Positions 1 through 10,681 of a stretch of 53,937 nt of DNA are shown in pieces. The DNA is from an uncultured virus (IMG/VR IMGVR_UViG_3300044732_000510) (lineage: Duplodnaviria; Heunggongvirae; Uroviricota; Caudoviricetes). Numbering within the stretch: the first letter of the stretch is position 1; each line of letters begins with the position of its first letter. The stretch lies in IMG/VR virus record IMGVR_UViG_3300044732_000510. One strand, given 5' to 3'. A model generated the notes under the pieces. The model had not been told where the DNA came from and did no database searches. It worked only from the letters and a program-made list of their open reading frames with translations. A program made the position numbers and the translations under genes.

Positions 1-1769
1 TCTACAGCATCTTGGAATTGTCCCTTGTAACCTTCCTTCATTAGATTAGGATCAAATCTATCCCAACCTTTCTTTTCATACTCTTGTCTAAATTTGGTAC
101 CTGCACTTTGATCTTTACTTTTTTCTAACTTCTTTCTAGCTTTTTCATACTCAGCTTTGTTTTTTTCTTCAGCTTCATAGTTTTTCTTAGCATCCTTAAT
201 TTCTTTCTTATATTTTTCTAATCCAGCTTTAGTAAAGTTAACAGGTTCAAGATTTTCACCAGGCATACCAAAATATTGACCAGCATTTTTTCCTAATTTT
301 CTAGCTTCATCAGCTTTTGTTTTACCACCTCTTAAGATATAATCAGAAAGTTTTTTACCTTTCTTAGCTGATGCTTTTACTTCAGTAAGATTCTTAGTAC
401 CACTAGCATCATAACCACCATACATTCCTGTATAAGAATCTGCTGCTTGAATATTACCACTACCCCAATTGTATGGTACACATTTACCTAAGGCATCTCT
501 CATCTGTCCTCTAGGACATGGAGCTCCACCTGGCTTAAGTCTATCTAACTTGGGTATAGAAGGATCATTTATTTCTTCTACTACATAACCACCATCTATG
601 TATTTTTGTATTTCTTCTTCAGTAAGATCTACAATAGATCCACCAAGTTCTTGTTTATAAGGACTTTTAAATTTACCCGGATCATTTGGTCCTTTTTTTA
701 AATATAAATTATTAGCAGGGTTTCTTCTAACAATACCGTCAGGCAACATATTTTGATTAGAAAGTTCTAATAAAGTATTTGTCTTATCTCTTGAGTTCAT
801 AGGTAATACACCTACACCAGCTCCAACAGCATTATTAAATATATCTTCTCCTGATTCACCTAATATCATTTTTGCTTTTTCTAAAAAGCCGGGTGCTTTA
901 TTATCAGGGTAAGTATCATCAAACCATCTTGGATCACCAAAAATTGTTCCTAGCTCATGTCCAACACCCATTGCATTTGCACCCCATAAACCTGCTGTTT
1001 GTGGAATACCAGTATATTGAGCCCATTCAGGAAAATAATTCACAATAGCTTCAGCTGCATACCTACCTGCTTGTGGATGTCTAAAATTATCTATTTCATC
1101 TTCATCTTCTCCAACTGTTGCTGCTGCTGATACACTAGCTTTACCCATTGCATCATCTAGTATATTTTTATTAATAAAATCTTCAACAGCATCACCTTCA
1201 AATGATATTTGATTTTTGGGCGGTGTGTACAGTTCTATTTCTTTTATTTGTCTTAGTAATCCTTCTGCTTTTTCTTGATTTGCAAGCAAAGGTGAATTCC
1301 TTAATTTATCATATTGCTCAACCAACTTTTCATAGTCAGAGTTAAATGTATCAGTTTTCTTTTTATTCTTTTTAGCTTTAGCTTTTTTAGATGCAGTTAT
1401 AGTAAACTCTTTAAGATTTTGAATATACTCAGGATTGTAAGAACTTTTTGGAGCTTGCTTAAACTGTTGTAATGAACCATATTTTCTATCACGCATTAAG
1501 TTTAAAAAAGTTCTATCTTCAAGTTTAGCCTCACATCTTTTAGTGTATGGATTATATTGTTGCCCAGGAGGACATGGTTTACCACCTTTATTTAATTCTG
1601 GTATAGAAATATCACCACCATCTTCATACTTGAATTTACCTTTAGGATTATATACTCCGGGTGCTCTCTTCTTTTTTTTCTTTTTAAACAGTGGGTTTTT
1701 TACAAACAGTCTATTAGTAGCATATATATTGCTATTCTGTAATGGACCACCTTTTTTGAAATCTGTCAT
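1..1769 (-). CDS. Partial large virion cargo/ejection-type protein (runs off the left end; not in the ORF track)
   Basis: The ATG at 1769 overlaps the upstream stop (TAATG). Segments translated by hand give MTDFKKGGPLQNSNIYATNRLF...KYEDGG...LNKGGKPCPPGQ...DNFRH...GHE...DIFNNAVG...KQELGG...KYIDGG...LKPGGAPCPRGQ. Its position after the nozzle gene is where crAss-like cargo genes lie. Confidence 0.7.
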   Translation of the reverse strand, partial: MTDFKKGGPLQNSNIYATNRLFVKNPLFKKKKKKRAPGVYNPKGKFKYEDGGDISIPELNKGGKPCPPGQQYNPYTKRCEAKLEDRTFLNLMRDRKYGSLQQFKQAPKSSYNPEYIQNLKEFTITASKKAKAKKNKKKTDTFNSDYEKLVEQYDKLRNSPLLANQEKAEGLLRQIKEIELYTPPKNQISFEGDAVEDFINKNILDDAMGKASVSAAATVGEDEDEIDNFRHPQAGRYAAEAIVNYFPEWAQYTGIPQTAGLWGANAMGVGHELGTIFGDPRWFDDTYPDNKAPGFLEKAKMILGESGEDIFNNAVGAGVGVLPMNSRDKTNTLLELSNQNMLPDGIVRRNPANNLYLKKGPNDPGKFKSPYKQELGGSIVDLTEEEIQKYIDGGYVVEEINDPSIPKLDRLKPGGAPCPRGQMRDALGKCVPYNWGSGNIQAADSYTGMYGGYDASGTKNLTEVKASAKKGKKLSDYILRGGKTKADEARKLGKNAGQYFGMPGENLEPVNFTKAGLEKYKKEIKDAKKNYEAEEKNKAEYEKARKKLEKSKDQSAGTKFRQEYEKKGWDRFDPNLMKEGYKGQFQDAV

Positions 1770-4700
1770 TACCTTAAAGAATATTGATTTTTACTATTGA
1801 ATAACTTAAGTATCATGTTAGTATCTCTTGAGTTAGTTTTACTAAGGTACATAAAGTTAACCATGTGCCGGAATTTTTTTCTCTGCAAAAGAGATTTGTT
1901 ATAGTCTACAGCTGTAGGATTGATAGCTTTTTTATAACCATTAGCTTCAGTAATCCATAACATATTCTCAGGATAGTTTCCTAATAAAGTTGTAGTACCT
2001 GGAATAAGCTGTCCTTGTGGTGGATAACCTGATCCATTAGGAAATTCTCCACGGTCTTTTGTAATATCCCAGAATTGGTTTACTCTGTATTTATTTTCTT
2101 CTTTAGAGAATAAGATATCAAATGAGTTATTGTTTACATTAAGCTGTGGATATAATAAAGACAGTGCTATATTATTCTTAGGGAATACATTAAGATTCAA
2201 GTATCCGGAGATTTGTTCTGAGTTGTGTATAACCAGTCTATCAAAGTTATAGTCTAATACATGGAACTGGTCAGTACAGAATCTCTTCTCTCTTCTATAG
2301 CATTCAAGTACATACTCTATACTTTTTACTGTTGTTACTGTTTGACCTGTACTTACAGGGAACTCAATCTCAAAAGGATATTGTACCCCATAAAAATTAC
2401 AATAGTCACCACAGTTAGCACCATGCTTATAGAATTGATTTGCTCTAGTTGTTATAAAACTATCTTTAGTGGGTATAACAAGATCTGGATGCCAGTCATG
2501 GAATGAAATCCAAAACTGAGACTTAGGGTCATAACTCACTGTCCATGAAGCATCTTCAAATATTCTTGAATCTCCAAGTGCAAGTTTAACAGGTACATCT
2601 GAAGGTTTACCATCCACATAAGGATAATAATTAAAATAACTTTCTTTACCTGAATTTACATTAATCACTCTTCCTGCTAACGGAAAACCATCAGGACCTA
2701 TTTCTTTTAACTTATAATCTTTCTTACAGAAGTAAAGTACAGAGTTATAATTATCAAACACTGCTTGTGTTCCAACACCAGCCACCGGGTTATCAGTATA
2801 AGGGTAATCAGGAAAATCCTCAACTAATTTACATGGTAAGAAATAGTCAAACCACCATTTCATACCAGCTTGAGATACTTCTTGCAACCCTTCACCATAT
2901 GAGAATACTTTACCTTGATCTTGAGATATATAATAGAGTCCTGCCGGAGTAGATATTACTGACAATCTTCCTTGAGATGAACCATACATGTAAGGTCTAT
3001 CTGCTACCACAATATTTTGCGGATCTCTTGCAAATACACCTCCGTCACCTATAATAACTTTAGTTCCTGATCCATCCATCTCAAGTGTATCTACACCTTG
3101 GAATACTATTGGACTATCATTTTTAAATGTAACAAAAGCTCCAGTCTTAGCAAAGTTTTTAACCCCGCTGATTTGACTAACAAAATCTTTTCTATTTAAC
3201 GGCAAGAATATAAACCAACCATCAGTAGATGATGTTTGTGATACAGGTAATGAATATGTAATTGTATTTGGATAATAAGTATAACATAACTCAGCAACTT
3301 CAGGATTATAATACACACTTTGTAAAAATCCAAATGAAGTATATCTGTTTGTTAATCTTGTAATACTTAATGAGTAGTCATACAGATAAAAGTTACCTTC
3401 TGTTGCAGTTAACTTATCCATTCTGAACATAGTCTCTAAGTCTGTGTATCTATATGGATTGTAACATTTTTCATAATCAAAAGTACCAACTTCTCTAAAG
3501 TCATTGATTACATCAGACTCTACAAAAAAGTCTCTTACCCCAGATGCTGATAAATAGAAATATGAGTTCTTTGCATTAGTAAATCCAGGATAACCCCCAC
3601 CTATACCAAAAGGCTTATCTGTTTCTCTTATATAATATTGATTATCTAAATTAAAATAATCATTAGGTAAAAATCCTGTACCTGTAGTAGAGTTATTAAA
3701 TAAAGCAGACCATGCACCAATACTGGTTATGTTAATTTGTGATACATCATATCTTTCACTATTAGCCCAGTATCTAGGCTCAGGTATCATCTGACTATTA
3801 AAGTAGTTATACTCATAACCATTGGGTTCTGTATACAACCAGTTGTAGAAAAAGAACATTGGATTCTTTTCTGTAAATCTTGTTATGTAAGTATCACCAC
3901 CAAATATTACAGGAGTTTCATTAATTCTTTTTTGTACAAGAACTTTATCTATTACTGATATTGGAGTAATTGTAGATGGTAGTGCTGTATAATTAAATTT
4001 TTGCTCACATGGTGTAATTGGAAACTGAGTAATAGTATTTAATTGACCATACTGATCATCATTGTCTATTTTCATAGCACCATAGTGACTTCCTATTCTT
4101 GTGCCAAATTCTATGCTTTTTTTCTTTTCATTAATCTTTGGACCAGTTGGACCTAGTTCATCATCAAACATACCAAGGCTACCAAGTGATATATCTAATC
4201 CACTAGTACCTGTTACTAATAATTTAGGCCCATCTGTCACTGGAGTATTAGCTCTCTCTGTTCTTAGCATTAATAACTGACCTCTCTTGTAGTTATTAAT
4301 AGTGTATTTTTGAAATGGATCATTGGTAATAGTATCATTATAATCATCTATTTCAAATGAGATATTTTTAAATATATAAGATGAATCTGCTATTTTAAAT
4401 CTCTTTGTATCATTTATATTAAATGGGTTAAACTTGTCATATAAACCATGACCAATAAGCTGTAATGCATATTGTCTAAATGGTGTAAATGCATATATTA
4501 ATTCTTGAGCAGCTTGTGCTCCTTCCATAAAATAAAATCCAGATTGTTGTACACCGCTCAATGTATTAAATAAAGCGTCAGTCCATGATGGTAATAAACT
4601 AGCACCAGATTGTTCAACTGTATAAGATGCTGCATTTGTAACACCACCAAGCCTACCTCCTGCAAGATTATTATTTCTTGCAAAAACAGATTGTCCATCT

Positions 4701-7327
4701 GTTCCTGCAAAATAATCTCCTAGTGAACCTCCAGAATTTACATAATTAAAAAAAGAATTTCTACTACCTAAAGTACCTATTTGCCAATTATACCAAAAAT
4801 TATTAGGACCAGGGCTAGGTGTCAAAGTAGTTGCACCCGGAGATTGTGTAAGATTAATACCACCAAATGGCAATGGAGTTGCTGCACTAGGTCCACCATT
4901 ACCACCTCCAGCAAGTAACCAATTTAAACCAAATTGACTGTTAAAACTACTTAATGGATAATTAATTTGTTTTTTACCACTTCTTCTTAATAATGCATCT
5001 CCTAAACCTGAAAGAAGAATTATCCATATAGCATCATTAGTTAATAGTTTAAACTTAGGATGACCTTGTGGTTCTATAAATCTTTGTAAAGCTTCACCTT
5101 CAAGATGTCCATATAGTTTTAATTCTATTGGAGCCAAGTAAGGGTTTCTAAAACTAGTATCTGGTGAATGAAAGCTAATAATATTTTTAGGGACAGTTTG
5201 GTCTAAGAAGTTATTATTAATATCAACAGACTTTATGAATGGATCATTATAAAGAAAGTTATTATCAGCAATGTTGTTATTATTACCTATTGGTATAATT
5301 GTGTTATATGGATAATTAGCATAAAGACCTGTTCTGTTGTTAGCAGGAACTCCAACTCTATTATAAGTTCTAAAGTTGTTTATCATCCCTTTGGCAATTA
5401 TACTTCTGTTGCCATCTCTAGACCCTCTTAAGATTTCATAACCAACAATTCCTGGAATATCATTACCATCATTATCTTTTGGATATATGATATTCTTAAA
5501 CTGTACTGACATCATTCTTATAAACAACGCATTGGTTGCAACACTTCTTCTGAAATGATGGGCAATGTTAGATCCTGTTAACTGTCCTGTAGCTTCATTG
5601 TAAATTACATTTTCAGGAAACTTATGATGTCTAATGGGTAATCCACATAAGTCATATGAATCACTTGGAATTGGTTGGCCGGTAGTAGGATCCCATGTAC
5701 CAGTCCAAAAATACTCACTGGCATTCCATATGTCTGGTCTGTTATCTGGATATTTTTCTGTAGATTCCCAATAACCCATTTTACCAGCACCAATCACTCT
5801 ACCACCATCGGGTAGTGTGTAAGGATAAACTGCAGGGTTTGATGGAAATACTGTTGCCGTATTTATAGTTTGAAATAATCTTGTGTCTCCTGGAAAACTA
5901 TCTGAGTTTGAATAAGGTTCATTCTCAAGAATACCATTTGGTCCCCATGATTCAGCAGCTCTTCCTGGAATGTGGTATGATGCAGACTTATCTCCTGTGT
6001 TGTATACCCATCTTATAAAAAATGTATATACCTCATCTCTCATGAAGTTAGTCTTTGATCCTCCTCTAAAATAATAATTAGAAGGATATTCTACTGACAC
6101 CCATTCTGTTTCAATTAAATTTGCTAATGGTTGGTAGTTAAAGTCAAACTTTGATGTTGGCCCTACTCTAAGCAAGTAAGTATTTAACTGAGCTATTTGA
6201 TCTGACTTTTCAAATACAGGAGTCATCAAAGGTATAAGTGTAATATCTATAGATTCAAAGCTAGGCTTATACTGATCTATAAATATATTTCTAGTATTTG
6301 TAGAATAGTATCCTATTACTCTAGCTACTGTATTTTCATTTATGTTTGCAACAAGTACAAGTTGAAACTCATCAAAGTTTTCTGTATCTGCTTCTACTTC
6401 TAATTGTAATGAACCTTGTACAGAATTCAAAGTATAAACTGGTTGCACATTACTAGCTGCAAAATAATCTGAAACTTTTTCTCCTTTTATTGTGTATGCA
6501 ATAACTGCATAATAGCTACCATTCTCTAATGAACCTGAACCCTCACCAAGTCTTAAATTAAGACAAGGTGTATTCATTAATCTTGCAAGTCTTATTTTTT
6601 CACAGTTAAGAGTATTAATAGAAATACAAGTAATACACCCATCTACAGGATGTCCTATTGGCCATACACCAGGTTCTGTCTGACTTGTATTAGATGAGTC
6701 AGTACATATTTGATTCCATTCTACACCTGGCCAAAGAATATTTGTACCATTACCGTTTGAATAAAAGTTAACAGTTGTGGATCCCGGACCTCCTCCTAAC
6801 CAAACATAATCAGAACTAGGCCAAGTTTTTGGATCACCAACATTTAGGTACCTATCTGGATTTTTACCATCAGCCCAATATACCTGCCAAGAACAATCTT
6901 CTTTTTCTCTTGCTGCTCCGGATATTAGATGTGCTTTACTAAAACCTAAGCATGCATCTTGAACAATTGGTCTATATGTACATGAGGCTTCTTCAAATAA
7001 ACCTATCTCAGACACTCTTGGTAAAATCTCAACAGCACTTGCATGAGAAGCCGTGAATACAATCCACTTATCACTAAACATGTGTATTGCACCTATAATG
7101 TATCTGAATGAAAAAGCATTAGGAATTGTTGCTCCAGCTGTTGCACACAATGCATTTGATGCCTCATTAGATATAGCTCCTACATCACCTTCAATTGTAT
7201 TGTTGACTGCATTCCTAGCATAAGTCCACATACCCTCCTGTATAAATGCAGGATCACTATCTTTATGTAATCCTTTTATGAAGGTGCTAGTCTTACTAGT
7301 ATTTAAATTTCCTTTTTCTCCTGCCAT
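1769..7327 (-). CDS. Tail nozzle/muzzle (tail stabilisation protein, P22 gp10 / T7 gp12-like), 1852 aa
   Basis: N-terminal KGLHKD...YARNA and C-terminal WTVSYD...WISFHDW motifs, beta-rich composition, size, and synteny with ring and IHF-like genes match crAss-like Tstab/muzzle proteins. Confidence 0.75.
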   Translation of the reverse strand: MAGEKGNLNTSKTSTFIKGLHKDSDPAFIQEGMWTYARNAVNNTIEGDVGAISNEASNALCATAGATIPNAFSFRYIIGAIHMFSDKWIVFTASHASAVEILPRVSEIGLFEEASCTYRPIVQDACLGFSKAHLISGAAREKEDCSWQVYWADGKNPDRYLNVGDPKTWPSSDYVWLGGGPGSTTVNFYSNGNGTNILWPGVEWNQICTDSSNTSQTEPGVWPIGHPVDGCITCISINTLNCEKIRLARLMNTPCLNLRLGEGSGSLENGSYYAVIAYTIKGEKVSDYFAASNVQPVYTLNSVQGSLQLEVEADTENFDEFQLVLVANINENTVARVIGYYSTNTRNIFIDQYKPSFESIDITLIPLMTPVFEKSDQIAQLNTYLLRVGPTSKFDFNYQPLANLIETEWVSVEYPSNYYFRGGSKTNFMRDEVYTFFIRWVYNTGDKSASYHIPGRAAESWGPNGILENEPYSNSDSFPGDTRLFQTINTATVFPSNPAVYPYTLPDGGRVIGAGKMGYWESTEKYPDNRPDIWNASEYFWTGTWDPTTGQPIPSDSYDLCGLPIRHHKFPENVIYNEATGQLTGSNIAHHFRRSVATNALFIRMMSVQFKNIIYPKDNDGNDIPGIVGYEILRGSRDGNRSIIAKGMINNFRTYNRVGVPANNRTGLYANYPYNTIIPIGNNNNIADNNFLYNDPFIKSVDINNNFLDQTVPKNIISFHSPDTSFRNPYLAPIELKLYGHLEGEALQRFIEPQGHPKFKLLTNDAIWIILLSGLGDALLRRSGKKQINYPLSSFNSQFGLNWLLAGGGNGGPSAATPLPFGGINLTQSPGATTLTPSPGPNNFWYNWQIGTLGSRNSFFNYVNSGGSLGDYFAGTDGQSVFARNNNLAGGRLGGVTNAASYTVEQSGASLLPSWTDALFNTLSGVQQSGFYFMEGAQAAQELIYAFTPFRQYALQLIGHGLYDKFNPFNINDTKRFKIADSSYIFKNISFEIDDYNDTITNDPFQKYTINNYKRGQLLMLRTERANTPVTDGPKLLVTGTSGLDISLGSLGMFDDELGPTGPKINEKKKSIEFGTRIGSHYGAMKIDNDDQYGQLNTITQFPITPCEQKFNYTALPSTITPISVIDKVLVQKRINETPVIFGGDTYITRFTEKNPMFFFYNWLYTEPNGYEYNYFNSQMIPEPRYWANSERYDVSQINITSIGAWSALFNNSTTGTGFLPNDYFNLDNQYYIRETDKPFGIGGGYPGFTNAKNSYFYLSASGVRDFFVESDVINDFREVGTFDYEKCYNPYRYTDLETMFRMDKLTATEGNFYLYDYSLSITRLTNRYTSFGFLQSVYYNPEVAELCYTYYPNTITYSLPVSQTSSTDGWFIFLPLNRKDFVSQISGVKNFAKTGAFVTFKNDSPIVFQGVDTLEMDGSGTKVIIGDGGVFARDPQNIVVADRPYMYGSSQGRLSVISTPAGLYYISQDQGKVFSYGEGLQEVSQAGMKWWFDYFLPCKLVEDFPDYPYTDNPVAGVGTQAVFDNYNSVLYFCKKDYKLKEIGPDGFPLAGRVINVNSGKESYFNYYPYVDGKPSDVPVKLALGDSRIFEDASWTVSYDPKSQFWISFHDWHPDLVIPTKDSFITTRANQFYKHGANCGDYCNFYGVQYPFEIEFPVSTGQTVTTVKSIEYVLECYRREKRFCTDQFHVLDYNFDRLVIHNSEQISGYLNLNVFPKNNIALSLLYPQLNVNNNSFDILFSKEENKYRVNQFWDITKDRGEFPNGSGYPPQGQLIPGTTTLLGNYPENMLWITEANGYKKAINPTAVDYNKSLLQRKKFRHMVNFMYLSKTNSRDTNMILKLFNSKNQYSLR

Positions 7328-7329
7328 GA

Positions 7330-8370
7330 TTATAATACTCTAGATACACCATTAATTCCGTAAAATGCTCTGTTTGGAGAATAGCTTTTAAACATGTCAT
7401 AATACTTGTTGTACATAGCTTTTCTATTAGTCCACCACATTTGTTCTAGTTCTTTAAAGTTTGGAGTATTGACTAAACTTAATGCTTGATTTCTAGCAGC
7501 TCTAAGTTTTTGTTCTACAAGTTGTAATCTTGCAGAAACATCTTCTCCATTCATAAATAAGTTTTCAAGTAACCTTTGCTTTAATGCATATTCATAATAA
7601 TCATTAAGCAAGTCATGATCAGGTACAAGTAAATTACCAGCCTCATCCTCCATAGCTCCTTGGTAATTAAGATATACCTTACCTGTCTCAAATGTTGTAA
7701 ATAAAAATCCATTTTTTATCCAACCTTGATTAGCTGTGTCATAATACAAGTTAGGACAATCACATTCTATTTCTTGACTTTGTTTCATCCTTAATGGAAT
7801 GAGTCTAGAATATCTTCTTGTAGCTCCGGTATTTAATATTTGAATTAACTCATACTTTTCACCTTTACAGTTCATGAATACCCGTGGAGGTACACATGTA
7901 TTACCATATGGATTATTAGGATCATACTCAGTTGGTATTGGATCTACTATAGGATGATTAAGATCACAAGCTGCTGTATGTTTACATGGGTTAGCATTGC
8001 ATGACCTACAGTTAACTGTAGGAGGTGCACACTGGTTTACTGTTGATGGAGTTTCATGATAAGGCACTTCTTGTATATTGGTTCCACCAGACATTCCACC
8101 ATAACCAACATGGTCTTCATATTCTCCACAGATAAAAGCAAAATTAAATGTATAAAAGTTATCAGGTAACTTTACTTTACCATGACAAACTTCAAGTATA
8201 ACTTCTCTTGTTTGATTTATTCTTAGACCTAGATCATAGTTTATTCTTTTAGCAACTTTAATTAACTGCTGAGGCTCTATCATATTCTCAAGAGCAATGG
8301 TATTCATATCTATTGATACATCTTCTAAGAGTTGATCAAAAGGTCTATAGTGGAGTGTGTAATTGTACAT
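7330..8370 (-). CDS. Tail ring/tubular protein (crAss-like) with a Cys-rich insertion
   Basis: Lies next to the nozzle gene. Carries the G.VYL.Y....DE.G.LLVPD...YYEYALK pattern, plus a central CxxCxxxPCxHxxxC insertion. Confidence 0.6.
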   Translation of the reverse strand: MYNYTLHYRPFDQLLEDVSIDMNTIALENMIEPQQLIKVAKRINYDLGLRINQTREVILEVCHGKVKLPDNFYTFNFAFICGEYEDHVGYGGMSGGTNIQEVPYHETPSTVNQCAPPTVNCRSCNANPCKHTAACDLNHPIVDPIPTEYDPNNPYGNTCVPPRVFMNCKGEKYELIQILNTGATRRYSRLIPLRMKQSQEIECDCPNLYYDTANQGWIKNGFLFTTFETGKVYLNYQGAMEDEAGNLLVPDHDLLNDYYEYALKQRLLENLFMNGEDVSARLQLVEQKLRAARNQALSLVNTPNFKELEQMWWTNRKAMYNKYYDMFKSYSPNRAFYGINGVSRVL

Positions 8371-9066
8371 TTATCTTTGAATTAAATGATTATTAAAAAT
8401 TATTTCTTTTAATATTTGCCTAGGTCTACCATAATAAAATTTATGTATCAAACTGTCTCTTTTTAAATTGAAATAATCTTCAACTTCTCTTTTGCTATTA
8501 AATATAATACAAGTATTAGTATCTAAATTTGTAACCTTAACAATTTTACCTTTACATCTTTTACCTTTATTTTTAGCCATTGTCTCTTTAATAGCTTTTA
8601 TATGTTCAGGTGTATAATTTCTTTTTTGACCTCTAAGTTTAGACATTCTAGCTTCTACCCATTCAGATGATTGTTTTCTACCTTTAAGAGCAGTAGTTTT
8701 ACCTTTTCTTGTCAATGATCTTTTTTCTAAAGCTTCTTTTGTCATGTGTGCTAAATCTTCACCACCTTTTGTAAGATTGTATCCATTTTTTCTTATATCT
8801 GTTCTATGGTAACTTATCCAAAAAATTTCTCTTTCTTTTAAAAATAATTCATCACATTTTTCAACAGGAAAAATAATCATTTTTTGTTTTTTATTAAATG
8901 CATTTTGCAAATAAGAATTAGAATGTCTATTTGCTTTTAAATCATTAACATGATCTCTTACTCTTATTTTATAATGTTTACTTAGTCCAATATACATTTT
9001 TCCTGTATCATAATTTAAAATACAATATATACAAGATTTATCATATGCATTTTCTAAAACTTCCAT
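8371..9066 (-). CDS. GIY-YIG homing endonuclease with NUMOD-type DNA-binding repeats
   Basis: CIYCILN-x5-MYIG, then R..H...L...H.N..LQ, E..WI and GYNLT.GG motifs, with a basic C-terminal half. Confidence 0.9.
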   Translation of the reverse strand: MEVLENAYDKSCIYCILNYDTGKMYIGLSKHYKIRVRDHVNDLKANRHSNSYLQNAFNKKQKMIIFPVEKCDELFLKEREIFWISYHRTDIRKNGYNLTKGGEDLAHMTKEALEKRSLTRKGKTTALKGRKQSSEWVEARMSKLRGQKRNYTPEHIKAIKETMAKNKGKRCKGKIVKVTNLDTNTCIIFNSKREVEDYFNLKRDSLIHKFYYGRPRQILKEIIFNNHLIQR

Positions 9067-9728
9067 TATCTTAATGAGTTTTGACTATCATCAGCACCAT
9101 CTGCTGGCATCTGTGTAATAGTAGTTAATTCTTTTAATACAAACTGTTCAGCCTCTGAAAATAAATAATCAGGAATAGCTAATGGTTGATCCTGTTTTAT
9201 TTGACAATCATCAGTATCACATGTATCTACTTTATTTTCAAATATGGCTTCTATTCTTATTGCATCCCAATCTATATTAGGACAATATATATAACCATTA
9301 AGATACCAGAAATATGGTCTCTTATTATATTTAAATGTACTTGACTTAGTTATAGAAACCCAAGTACCAGGATCTGTCCTAAACATTTCTATGGATCCAT
9401 CAATAGAAGATGCAGTACGGATAATAGGGCCAAACATACCATCTAGTATACTTGGCATTTTATCTTTAGATCTTTTAAAATAACATTCTGAATAAACACC
9501 AATACATCCAGCCTCTACTTTGTCAACATCTATAAGTTCCACATATGGTAAAACTTGAAATATCTGACTCATCTTCATTAACCTGAACTGATTGTCTTCT
9601 CTTTTAATTAATGTCTTTGCATATTTACTAAGAGCAAAATAGATTGTTCTATCAGTTAAGAAAGCATCTTCCTTAACAGCCTTAAGAGCATTTCTTACTC
9701 TTGATATGGCTTCCCCTATTGTTGTCAT
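9066..9728 (-). CDS. Tail ring/adaptor protein (crAss-like)
   Basis: 220 aa, located in the tail module. The C-terminal DQPLAIPDYL...DGADD pattern is typical of crAss ring proteins. Confidence 0.55.
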   Translation of the reverse strand: MTTIGEAISRVRNALKAVKEDAFLTDRTIYFALSKYAKTLIKREDNQFRLMKMSQIFQVLPYVELIDVDKVEAGCIGVYSECYFKRSKDKMPSILDGMFGPIIRTASSIDGSIEMFRTDPGTWVSITKSSTFKYNKRPYFWYLNGYIYCPNIDWDAIRIEAIFENKVDTCDTDDCQIKQDQPLAIPDYLFSEAEQFVLKELTTITQMPADGADDSQNSLR

Positions 9729-10306
9729 ATGTCAAATTCATTATATGTTTTCAATTCCTTTTTTTGTTTCTTGACAACCATATCTATGTATGTTGCCTTT
9801 TGGTATATTAGTCTAAGTTTTGCAGTAGGATCTACTACTACATACATATTCCAATTTTCAGGATAAGCTTTAGCAACTTTTCTTTTAAAGTCTCTACAAG
9901 CAACAAAACTCCAAAACTCTCTATTTCTCATTTTGTGTTTTAGTGCATGACTGGTAAAAAAGATTTTGGCTAACTTTCCATCTGTATCCCAATTTCTATT
10001 TGTTACTGTCATCCCATACTTATGAGACTTTACAAAGTCAATATTTTTCTTTTTACTTTCTTGACATGTTCCAATAAACAACCAACCTATTTGTTCAGGA
10101 AGTTGAACACCATCTCTCTTATCAATCACTGTTTGATAAATTGCATTATTAAACTTCTTAACTATGGTTTTTAATACAACATTATCAATATCCTTATACT
10201 TTGAATATTTTTTCTTAAACTTTTCAAAGAACTCTTTATTTAGAACATTGTGTACATCTGGTCTAAATCTTGGAGCTTTTACATCTGGCTTGTTAAATTC
10301 CTTCAT
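9725..10306 (-). CDS. IHF/HU-like DNA-binding protein
   Basis: Helix followed by DGVQLPEQIGWLFI, resembling the HU/IHF G-x-V-x-L-x2-3-G-x-F signature. crAss-like phages carry IHF-like genes beside tail genes. Confidence 0.6.
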   Translation of the reverse strand: MKEFNKPDVKAPRFRPDVHNVLNKEFFEKFKKKYSKYKDIDNVVLKTIVKKFNNAIYQTVIDKRDGVQLPEQIGWLFIGTCQESKKKNIDFVKSHKYGMTVTNRNWDTDGKLAKIFFTSHALKHKMRNREFWSFVACRDFKRKVAKAYPENWNMYVVVDPTAKLRLIYQKATYIDMVVKKQKKELKTYNEFDI

Positions 10307-10425
10307 GCTATTACTATTAATATACTAAAAATAAATGAGACTAACAAATGTAACTAAAAAACAAAACCCCCACAAGTGTGAGGGTGTTGCCTTGTTGTCA
10401 CAGAAACCAACAACCTGTAACTTCT

Positions 10426-10671
10426 TTAAGGATTGCACAATTGAGCTACTATAACTTGTAAAGCTGTAGCTAAGTTTGTGTTTGTTGCTATTAATACTGC
10501 TTCACCACACATGATGTTTGGACCAGTGTAAATTACACACTGAGCATCTATTACCTCAGAACATGGTTCTGGAGTAGGACATCCTATTGGTGTCGGACAT
10601 GGTGCAGGACTTGGCATGAAGGTATCTTCACATCCGCATTTTTTACATGTATTTGTTGTTGTAGTTGCCAT
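10426..10671 (-). CDS. Small Cys-rich structural protein
   Basis: CSEVIDAQCVIYTGPNIMC matches the N-terminus of the adjacent 554-aa protein (CSPISSNCVIWQGPDIPC). Confidence 0.6.
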   Translation of the reverse strand: MATTTTNTCKKCGCEDTFMPSPAPCPTPIGCPTPEPCSEVIDAQCVIYTGPNIMCGEAVLIATNTNLATALQVIVAQLCNP

Positions 10672-10681
10672 TACTTAATTT

